Source of the DNA: Verrucomicrobiales bacterium | GTDB taxonomy: Bacteria > Verrucomicrobiota > Verrucomicrobiia > Verrucomicrobiales > DEV007 | Reading direction: 5' to 3' | Length of the DNA stretch: 64,000 nucleotides | Assembly: GCA_029213195.1 (NCBI GenBank) | Contig: JARGNI010000012.1 | Location: 29,254-93,253 of the forward strand | Made by a program: the position numbers and the translations under genes | Notes under the pieces: generated by a model | What the model was told of the DNA's origin: nothing | Seen by the model: only the letters and a program-made list of their open reading frames with translations | The model's database searches: none | Shown here: positions 1 through 7,484 of the stretch, piece after piece | Numbering within the stretch: the stretch's first letter is position 1 | Layout: every line of letters starts with the position of its first letter

Positions 1-1244
1 TCCTGCTCGAGCACCTCCTGCTGCGCCGCAGGAGCCATGGCATAGGCCGACTTGAGCTTCTCCTGCTGCTTCGCGAGATGCTCGCGTGAGGCATCCGCCT
101 GCCCCTGGTCCGCCAAAGCGATGGCCCGCTCGACCTCTTCCGCATTTCGGGAAACTTCAGCTTCGGCCACGATGCCTTGATCGACCACGGACGCGGCGAG
201 CTCGGAATCCTCCGAGTATCCTACGACAATCACCCTTTCCCCGAGGGTCTCGCGCCGATCAGCGAGGGGATCCCGATACTCGGCTCCTACATTCGCGATC
301 TCGGTGACCTTTCCAATCACTTCGGGGTCGATTTCGCATTCGAGGTAAAGATCCCGGCTCTGCTCGCTCGATAGCGTGGCAAAAACGATCGACTCCTCCT
401 GCTTGCTCAACTCACCGGGACGACCGAGGACACGGAGCGGGCGGACCCCTTTCGGACAGCGAATGCGGATGATGATCTCCCTGGCGACGATGCTCTTCAA
501 CTCTCCCAGTTCGCGCTCGAAGACCTTGGGAAGCTCCTCCACGTCGGCAACATAGTAGTAGTTGGCATCGCTCGCCTCGGCGAGGGCGGTCATGAGGGTC
601 TCATTGTAGTCATCGCCCAACCCGATGGTCGTCACGGACATTCCCTTTCGGGCGAGTCGATTCCCAAGGTTGGCAATTTCCCGATTGCTGGAAGGCCCGA
701 TGTTGGCGATGCCATCGGAGAGAAGCATGACGCGATTGACACGCTCATCACAAAGAAATTCCTCCAGTTCGCGACCACCCGTGTCGACTCCTCCGTAGAG
801 GGCCGTACTGCCACCGGTCTGAATGCCACGAATCATCCGTTGGATCTTGTCGGCACGTTTGCCCACTTTGCCGGCAGGAAGGGCGACCTGCACTTCGGTG
901 TCGTAGAGAACCAGGGAAATCACATCCGTAGGCTCCAACTGATCCACCAGGTAACAGGCAGCCTGCTTCGCCTGTTCCAGCTTGGAACCGCTCATCGACC
1001 CGCTCCGATCGAGCACGATAGCAAGATTGACCGGCATTCGTTCCTGACGATCCACCTTTCCGCCTTCGACCTCGATCTTGATGACAACTTTGCGATCTTC
1101 CGAGTTGAGATCGATCAGGGGGCGATCGAGGGAGGTCCGCAGCTTCACCGAAGGTTCTCCAGACGAAATCCCGGGAACGAGAAGACAACCGGCTGACACC
1201 AACGCCAACCAGCCCGACAAAGAGAAGAGATGTTTTCTTTCCAT
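1..1244 (-). CDS. Secreted von Willebrand factor A (VWA) domain protein, YfbK-like; 3' end runs off the window
   Basis: Not in the ORF track because it has no stop in the window. Manual translation from ATG 1244: MERKHLFSLSGWLALVSAGCLLVPGISSGEP...VNLAIVLDRSGSMSGSKLEQAKQAA (signal peptide, DxSxS MIDAS motif). The same frame reads sensibly at the left edge (RNAEEVERAIALADQG...). Confidence 0.85.
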   Translation of the reverse strand, partial: MERKHLFSLSGWLALVSAGCLLVPGISSGEPSVKLRTSLDRPLIDLNSEDRKVVIKIEVEGGKVDRQERMPVNLAIVLDRSGSMSGSKLEQAKQAACYLVDQLEPTDVISLVLYDTEVQVALPAGKVGKRADKIQRMIRGIQTGGSTALYGGVDTGGRELEEFLCDERVNRVMLLSDGIANIGPSSNREIANLGNRLARKGMSVTTIGLGDDYNETLMTALAEASDANYYYVADVEELPKVFERELGELKSIVAREIIIRIRCPKGVRPLRVLGRPGELSKQEESIVFATLSSEQSRDLYLECEIDPEVIGKVTEIANVGAEYRDPLADRRETLGERVIVVGYSEDSELAASVVDQGIVAEAEVSRNAEEVERAIALADQGQADASREHLAKQQEKLKSAYAMAPAAQQEVLEQ

Positions 1245-1274
1245 ACCTGAATCCTCGCAGATCCAGGGAAAGTG

Positions 1275-1314
1275 TTGTCATCGCCCTGTAAAAGGATTGT
1301 CAGGAAGTTGTCAG
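1275..1314. promoter_or_regulatory. Four direct repeats at exact 11-bp spacing; OmpR/PhoB-family-type binding array upstream of the VWA gene
   Basis: TTGTCAT (1275), CTGTAAA (1286), TTGTCAG (1297), TTGTCAG (1308), 31-70 nt upstream of the ATG at 1244. Confidence 0.6.
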
Positions 1315-1348
1315 GCTTGCCCTCTCAACAACGGCCTCTCCGGCAAAG

Positions 1349-1379
1349 AAAAAAGGCGCTCCTTTCGGAACGCCTTTTT
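1349..1379 (-). terminator. Rho-independent terminator after the 1404-2438 gene (possibly bidirectional)
   Basis: AAAAAAGGCGCTCC-TTTC-GGAACGCCTTTTT: GC stem flanked by A and T runs. Confidence 0.7.
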
Positions 1380-1403
1380 ATCGAAACCAAGGATAAAAAA
1401 TGA

Positions 1404-2438
1404 TCAGGCGACATACTCTCGCGCCACAGAAGCCACGGTGCTTCGCTCGAGATCTTCGAACTCGCGGGAAGTCACGACGCGCTCTTCGAGCAGGCATCGG
1501 GAAATCCAAGCCTCGAAGCGCTCGAAGTCGGGATTCTCATCAGCGGCACTGGTGACGTGATGCCAATCGTAGGTCTTGCCTGTCTCGGGGGCCGCATAGC
1601 GACGAATCTGAAGCAGACTCTGGATCGAGTCGAACTCCTTCGACTGAAGATTCTCGATCGCAGCCGGCTCAGGCATGTCGTCGAGAACGTCCGCATCCAG
1701 ACCGAAGCTGATGACACCGATACCGTAGCGGGAAGCAAATCGACGAATCTCTTCGATCATCTGGGCATCTTCAATCGGGGCAGCGACGAGAAGCTCTCCC
1801 GCGTTGGCCCACTCGGAAGTCGCGAGACACTGAAAGAGATCCTCGAAAAGCGTCGCATGATTCAGGTCGAGGCGAAGCTTCACACTGGAAACCCGCAGAG
1901 GCGACTGTCCGAGTCTCCGGTGAACCTCCAGCTTCCGCTTCTCGAGCACGATCTCGTCCTCGACTTCGGACCCGGTATACCAGTCGACCACGGCAAGGTC
2001 GGGGACGCGCCAGCGATTTGCCTCCGCATCCATGGAGAAAGACTGCTCGAAAGAAAAAGGAAACTGGTGGACCGACTCGAGGTAGCGCTGCACAACGGCA
2101 CGAAACTTCGCGGCCCGTGCCAGCGACACATCCATGTCCGCCGAATGCATCAGGGAATCGGAATCGCCGTTTCCATTGTGAAAAAGATTCCTCGCACTGT
2201 TGACGGTGTGAATCGTGGAAGTCCTGAGGTAATAGCCCTGTCCCTGCTCCACTTTCGCAATCGGCGAAGAGGGATCACAGGACATGATCGAAAAGTGATA
2301 CCGCAACGTCGCATCGGAGTAATCCTGCTTGAGCCGATGCTTCACCATCTCGATGAGCTCCGTACCCTTGATCGCCTGAGCCGGGTTTCTGGGCAGAATG
2401 TCAGGCAGGATTTCCTTTAGCTGGTCGCGAAGATTCAT
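1404..2438 (-). CDS. N-terminal winged-HTH fused to an HrgA/COG2958-like restriction-endonuclease-fold domain
   Basis: 344 aa. N-terminal wHTH pattern ending IAKVEQGQGYYL. C-terminal motifs NRWRVPDL, FQCLATSEWANAGELLV and IRRFASRYGIGVI resemble the COG2958 motifs as I recall them (N.W.HPD, FQAVSNSSWANEGYLV, LRRL...FGIGVI). Confidence 0.65.
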   Translation of the reverse strand: MNLRDQLKEILPDILPRNPAQAIKGTELIEMVKHRLKQDYSDATLRYHFSIMSCDPSSPIAKVEQGQGYYLRTSTIHTVNSARNLFHNGNGDSDSLMHSADMDVSLARAAKFRAVVQRYLESVHQFPFSFEQSFSMDAEANRWRVPDLAVVDWYTGSEVEDEIVLEKRKLEVHRRLGQSPLRVSSVKLRLDLNHATLFEDLFQCLATSEWANAGELLVAAPIEDAQMIEEIRRFASRYGIGVISFGLDADVLDDMPEPAAIENLQSKEFDSIQSLLQIRRYAAPETGKTYDWHHVTSAADENPDFERFEAWISRCLLEERVVTSREFEDLERSTVASVAREYVA

Positions 2439-2613
2439 AGAGCGGTTGGGGACAAAATTGAGAGGTCACAAAAATTGAGCACGAAGAGGACCTATCGGCC
2501 ACAATTTTTAAATATCCAGACAGCATCTAGACAGACCGTCAAGCGTTTCGTTCAAAAAGTTGATAATTAAGCCGTCCATAATTTTAATTTTTGACAATTT
2601 TATAATTTCCATG

Positions 2614-2646
2614 AAAAACGGCTCTCCTAAGTTTCCAAGAGCCCCG
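2614..2646 (-). terminator. Putative terminator after the DUF1080 gene
   Basis: On the minus strand GGCTCT-12 nt-AGAGCC followed by GTTTTT. Confidence 0.5.
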
Positions 2647-2651
2647 TATTC

Positions 2652-3554
2652 TCACTCGGCTTCGAGATTCTCCCAGACGATATTGCGATACTGGGCTCGC
2701 GTCTGGTAGCTTGCGATCCCGACGGGGACGGACAATTCGATATCTCCAGGGAGCAGGCTGATCTTCCGATCCTTCAATTCGAGATCGACCATTTGGTCCT
2801 CATCGAGCCAGGCCTCGAGCTTGTCATCGGTGACCCGGACCCGAATCTTGAACCATTTGTCCTTCTCGAATCCCTCGATATTCATCGTCTCGTTCTCGGA
2901 AGCGTTGAGATCGTCGACATTGGAGATCCCGACCACTCCCCCACCCCATCCACCGAGGACATAGGTCGCGTGGCTGTCCTTGACGGGGAAGGTGAGCGCA
3001 CAAAAGAAATCGTAGCCGTCCAGTTTCATTGCCTCGAGACGAATTTCGTAGTTGGAAGTCGCGGGTGGCTTCTCTCCCCAGTGTACTCCGGTCATCACGG
3101 CCCCAAAACCAAACTCGAGATTTCCGTCCTCATTGACGAAGATATCTCCTTCTCCGCCGAACTGGGTTTTCTTCCACTTCCCGAGATCCTTTCCGTTGAA
3201 GAGCTTGGTGATCTTGGAGTCCTTTTCGTCTGGCTCAGGATTCTCTTTCTCCGTGGGCTTCGGGTCAGGAGTGGACGCCTCCTTGGGCTTCTTTTCGGCA
3301 GCCGGTTCGGAATCGCCGGATTTCTCCGTCTCTGCCTGTGCTCCGAAAATACGGCTCTGATCGGGCTCCGGCAAGAGAACCGTTCTCTGGAACTCTTCGA
3401 TCCCGGTGGTGGGATTCTCGGAATAGGACCAGACAAAAATCCCCGCCTTCTCGTAAAGGGCAAAATGCATGACGACCCCGGCCACAAGAAAAGCGGCCAC
3501 AAAAACGAAAATTCCTATGAGCTGTTTCACATAGGAGAATTCCCAGAATCGCAT
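2652..3554 (-). CDS. Membrane-anchored DUF1080 (3-keto-disaccharide hydrolase/lyase-like) protein
   Basis: Start trimmed to MRFWEF. N-terminal TM helix, P/E/K-rich linker, then LFNGKDLGKW, NYEIRLEA, W.KIRVRV and YRNI motifs typical of DUF1080. Confidence 0.8.
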   Translation of the reverse strand: MRFWEFSYVKQLIGIFVFVAAFLVAGVVMHFALYEKAGIFVWSYSENPTTGIEEFQRTVLLPEPDQSRIFGAQAETEKSGDSEPAAEKKPKEASTPDPKPTEKENPEPDEKDSKITKLFNGKDLGKWKKTQFGGEGDIFVNEDGNLEFGFGAVMTGVHWGEKPPATSNYEIRLEAMKLDGYDFFCALTFPVKDSHATYVLGGWGGGVVGISNVDDLNASENETMNIEGFEKDKWFKIRVRVTDDKLEAWLDEDQMVDLELKDRKISLLPGDIELSVPVGIASYQTRAQYRNIVWENLEAE

Positions 3555-3796
3555 CGCAACTGCAAGAAGTTTTGCTCCCTGAATACGCTGAAAAGGAGGG
3601 AAAGCGATTCTCGCGAACTCTCGACAAGGGAATCTGCGCTTCTTTTTGCGAATCAGTCCTTTTTGGCTTGCCTGTAACCCTGACACTTCCAATAATTCGT
3701 CGCTTGGACTGGGAACTTCCCAGCCGTGATCTGATCTGCAAGAACTGGCTTCCAGGAACTGGCAATCAGATTGGTCCTCCCTTTATTCTCAAAATC

Positions 3797-4879
3797 ATGT
3801 CCGAAACCGTAGCCGTTCTCGACCACGTCGATGATTATCTCAAGCTGGCCCAGCAATATGATGTCTCCGACGTCCACCTCGCTCCCTGCACCCAGCCCAA
3901 ATGGAGACGATTTGGTCTACTCCAACCAATCTGGGAAAATGCGGAGCAGTTGACCCCCGAGCAAACCGAGGATCTCGCCAAGAAATACCTCCCCGAGGCC
4001 GAACTCCGACGTCTTGAGGAAAAAGGGGACGTCGATTTTGCCTATGCTCCCGAATTCGGACGTTTCCGAGCTTCGGTTGTGAAGACCCGCCTCGGCTGGG
4101 AAATGGTCTTCCGAGTCATCAGCACGGAACTGCGATCCATGGACGAGCTCCAGCTCCCCGAGGCGATCAAACCTCTCCTCGAGTATCACAACGGTCTCGT
4201 TCTCGTGACGGGTGCCGTGGGTTCCGGAAAGTCGACGACCCTGGCGGCACTGATCGACGAAATCAACCGTCAGCGCACCGATCACATCATCACCCTCGAG
4301 GATCCCATCGAATATGTGATCGAATCCAACGGCTGTCACGTCAACCAGCGCGAAGTACACACTCATACCGAGAGCTTCTCTCATGCCCTGCGAGCCGCCC
4401 TTCGTGAGGATCCAGATGTAATCATGGTGGGTGAGATGCGGGATCTGGAAACGATCTCGCTCGCGATTACCGCGGCCGAAACCGGTCACCTGGTCCTTGC
4501 GACCCTGCATACCGGTAGTGCCGCGAGAACCCTGGACCGGATTCTCGACGTGTTCCCCACGGAACAACGAGAGCAGATTCGGATCATGGTCGGGGAATCG
4601 CTACGCGGAGTCATCTCCCAGCAGCTAGTCCCGCGGAAGGATGGCAGCGGACGAGAGCTGGCACTCGAACTCCTCGTCAACACCCCCGCGGTGTCTTCCA
4701 TCGTTCGGGAAGGTAAGACCTTCATGCTGCCAGGTGTGATGCAGACTGGAAAGAACGTCGGGATGATCATGATGGATGACGCCCTCCTCGATCTCTACAA
4801 GAAAGGAATCATCTCGAAGGAGGAAGCCCTCGGTCGCTCCATCGATCGTGGAACCATGAAAGCAACCCTCGGCGAGTAG
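3797..4879 (+). CDS. pilT: Type IV pilus twitching-motility (retraction) ATPase PilT/PilU family, copy 1
   Basis: Start trimmed to MSETVAV. Walker A GAVGSGKST, ITLEDPIE, ALREDPDVIMVGEMRD, AETGHLVLATLHT. Confidence 0.92.
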   Translation: MSETVAVLDHVDDYLKLAQQYDVSDVHLAPCTQPKWRRFGLLQPIWENAEQLTPEQTEDLAKKYLPEAELRRLEEKGDVDFAYAPEFGRFRASVVKTRLGWEMVFRVISTELRSMDELQLPEAIKPLLEYHNGLVLVTGAVGSGKSTTLAALIDEINRQRTDHIITLEDPIEYVIESNGCHVNQREVHTHTESFSHALRAALREDPDVIMVGEMRDLETISLAITAAETGHLVLATLHTGSAARTLDRILDVFPTEQREQIRIMVGESLRGVISQQLVPRKDGSGRELALELLVNTPAVSSIVREGKTFMLPGVMQTGKNVGMIMMDDALLDLYKKGIISKEEALGRSIDRGTMKATLGE

Positions 4880-4913
4880 AAATCTCTCCCGAAAACCCAA
4901 TCTCTGAATTCTC

Positions 4914-6017
4914 ATGGCAACCATTGACCAATATTTTCAGCATCTCGTCGCGGCGGGCGCCTCGGACCTTCACCTCAGTGAAGGCCAGCCCCCCAAGATC
5001 CGCGCTCACGGTGCCATTACTCCCATCTCCGAGGGCATCCTCGATCATGCGTCCCTCAATCACATGCTCTCGGAGATCTGTGATGATGCCGCATACGAAA
5101 GATTCCTCGAGACCGGGGATCTCGACTTTGCCTATGAAATGGACCAGGAATCCCGATTCCGGTGCAACTATTTCAAGCAGAACAATGGCCTCGGTGCAGT
5201 CTTCCGACTGATCCCCACCAAGATCAAGACGATCCAGGAACTGAATGTTCCCCAGACGATCGAGACCTTCGGTGACATGCGAAGCGGTCTCGTCCTCGTG
5301 ACCGGTCCTACCGGATCCGGGAAATCAACCACCCTGGCGGCCCTGATCGATTATATCAATCGAACCTACGCGCGGCATATCATCACGGTGGAGGAACCGA
5401 TCGAGTTTGTTCACAACAACAAGAAATCGACCATCAGCCAACGCGAGGTCCCGATCCATTGTCCTTCTTTCGCCGATGGTCTCCGGGCTTCTCTTCGAGA
5501 AGATGCCGACATCGTCCTTGTCGGAGAGATGCGAGATCTCGAAACGATTTCCCTCGCCCTGACCGCTGCGGAAACCGGCTTGCTCGTCTTTGGCACCCTG
5601 CACACGAACAACGCTCGTAAAACAGTCGATCGTCTCGTCGATGTATTCCCCTCGGATCAGCAGTCGCAGGTCCGAACCATGCTCGCGGGATCGCTGCGTG
5701 GAGTGGTCGCCCAGTTGCTGCTGAAGCGAGACGACCAGGAAGGTCGTGTCGCCGTGAACGAAATTCTTGTTTCGACTCCTGCCGTCAGTTCGGTGATCCG
5801 GGAGGGATCGACCCAGAAACTCTACGACATCATCACAGGTGGTAAGGAATATGGCATGCAGTTCATGGACGACGCCATCTGGCGGAAGTTGATCGAAGGT
5901 CAGGTCTCGCCGCTCGAAGCCTATATGAAAGCGATCGACAAGAGTCGTTTTCGTGGGGCGCTTCCACCGGAACACGCCGAACTCGGAAACTCCGGCGGTG
6001 GAGCGGGGGACGACTAG
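4914..6017 (+). CDS. pilT: Type IV pilus twitching-motility ATPase PilT/PilU family, copy 2
   Basis: GASDLHL, GPTGSGKST, ITVEEPIE, SLREDADIVLVGEMRD, AETGLLVFGTLHT. Confidence 0.92.
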   Translation: MATIDQYFQHLVAAGASDLHLSEGQPPKIRAHGAITPISEGILDHASLNHMLSEICDDAAYERFLETGDLDFAYEMDQESRFRCNYFKQNNGLGAVFRLIPTKIKTIQELNVPQTIETFGDMRSGLVLVTGPTGSGKSTTLAALIDYINRTYARHIITVEEPIEFVHNNKKSTISQREVPIHCPSFADGLRASLREDADIVLVGEMRDLETISLALTAAETGLLVFGTLHTNNARKTVDRLVDVFPSDQQSQVRTMLAGSLRGVVAQLLLKRDDQEGRVAVNEILVSTPAVSSVIREGSTQKLYDIITGGKEYGMQFMDDAIWRKLIEGQVSPLEAYMKAIDKSRFRGALPPEHAELGNSGGGAGDD

Positions 6018-6023
6018 CCCCTC

Positions 6024-7484
6024 CTACTCGATCGCACCCAGGATACGGGAACGCAATTCCTTCTGCAATTCTGCAAGATCGGCAGCCAACCCGGGCTCGT
6101 CGATCACATTGGTTTGCTCTCCCGGATCCTCTTCGAGATTGGTAAGAACGGCGGCGCTCAATTCGTCGGATTTCTTATCATACCATTCTGTATATCGGTA
6201 GGGGCCTCGGCGGATGCTGTGCCCGATCAACTTGCGATGGGGATAGGAACTGTAGGCGCTGCTCCGGTGGGTCTCGGTTTCCCCGGCAAGAAAGGGAACG
6301 AGGCTCTTCCCCTGGACATGGTCCGGAGTCGGGAGACCCGCAAGGTCACAGAGCGTGGGATAGAGATCAATCAGCTCGACCACTTCGGAAACCTTGCGGC
6401 CTGAATCGCTTCCCGGGATTCGCATGAGGAGGGGCACCCGCGTATCCACCTCGAAATTCGTGTGTTTGCACCAACTGGAGTGATCTCCCAGTTTCCAACC
6501 GTGATCTCCCCAGAAAACGACGATGGTGTTATCGGCTTCCCCCGATTGCTCCAGGGCATCGAGCACCTTTCCCACGTTGGCGTCCATGAAACTGACACAG
6601 GCCGCATAGCCGTGAAGGAGGCGTTGGTTCAATTCGTCGGAGAAATCCTTGGGGGAATTGCCCTCGTAGTCCGAATACTTGGACATCTCACCAGCCCTGG
6701 CGTTTCGAGCTTCCTCAGGGTAGCCGGGAGGGACACCCAGATTCGAGGGCATCGCAAAATCACTCCTGTCGTAGAGATCCCAGTATTTCTTGGGAGCGAC
6801 AAAAGGGAGGTGCGGTTTGGTGAATCCGACCGCAAAGAAGAAGGGTTTCTCCGCTGCAGCAAGATCGCCAAGCTTCTCGACCGCAGCCGCTGCGCGAGCA
6901 CCGTCCGAGTAGACCTCATCCGCGACGTCGGCCATCTCCGTCGTCATTCCGCGAAAGTCCTTGGGATCACGATCCGGATTGGCCTTCCGTCTGCGATTTG
7001 CCTCGGCCATGCTTTCTTCCAGGGCATAGGATTTACCCTTCACCTGCATCCATTCGTCCCAGTTTTCGGGGTCGACTCCCGCTCCCGAGGAACCATGGTA
7101 GATCTTGCCAAGACCAACGGTCTCATATCCCTCTGCACGGAAATGCTGATTCATCGTGATGAGGTCCGGATAGCGATTTCTCCATCCCGTAACGTGAAAG
7201 GTTTGTTCCTTGGTCTTTGTCGGATAAAGCCCTCCCATGAGAGACAGGCGTGAAGCTCCACAAACCGCCTGCTGACAATAGGCACGATCGAACCGAATCC
7301 CACTCGCAGCGAGCTGATCAAGGTGGGGCGTCTTGACCTTGGCCCCGTAGGCGGCCAACTCCGGACGGAGGTCATCCACCGCGATGAAAAGAAAATTGGG
7401 CCGGTCTGCCGCGGCGGCGAAACTGCCGACCATTAGGATCAGAGAGGCAAAAAGAAATTTGGGAAGGCTATTTGAAAACCGCAT
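6024..7484 (-). CDS. Secreted sulfatase, iduronate-2-sulfatase-like
   Basis: Signal peptide; NFLFIAVDDLR; formylglycine motif CGASR; GKIYH, KPHLPF, WGDHG. Confidence 0.9.
   Translation of the reverse strand: MRFSNSLPKFLFASLILMVGSFAAAADRPNFLFIAVDDLRPELAAYGAKVKTPHLDQLAASGIRFDRAYCQQAVCGASRLSLMGGLYPTKTKEQTFHVTGWRNRYPDLITMNQHFRAEGYETVGLGKIYHGSSGAGVDPENWDEWMQVKGKSYALEESMAEANRRRKANPDRDPKDFRGMTTEMADVADEVYSDGARAAAAVEKLGDLAAAEKPFFFAVGFTKPHLPFVAPKKYWDLYDRSDFAMPSNLGVPPGYPEEARNARAGEMSKYSDYEGNSPKDFSDELNQRLLHGYAACVSFMDANVGKVLDALEQSGEADNTIVVFWGDHGWKLGDHSSWCKHTNFEVDTRVPLLMRIPGSDSGRKVSEVVELIDLYPTLCDLAGLPTPDHVQGKSLVPFLAGETETHRSSAYSSYPHRKLIGHSIRRGPYRYTEWYDKKSDELSAAVLTNLEEDPGEQTNVIDEPGLAADLAELQKELRSRILGAIE

Noticed and set aside
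748-1281. 177-aa ORF on the minus strand in the ORF track
   Set aside because: Wrong frame. The real gene is the VWA protein starting at 1244, which is missing from the track because it has no stop in the window.
2591-2606. Perfect TTGACA and TATAAT hexamers
   Set aside because: They are only 4 nt apart instead of about 17, and no plus-strand gene follows; not a sigma70 promoter.
3758-3776. Sigma54-like site CTGGCAATCAGATTGGT upstream of pilT
   Set aside because: The -12 element reads GG, not the near-invariant GC.
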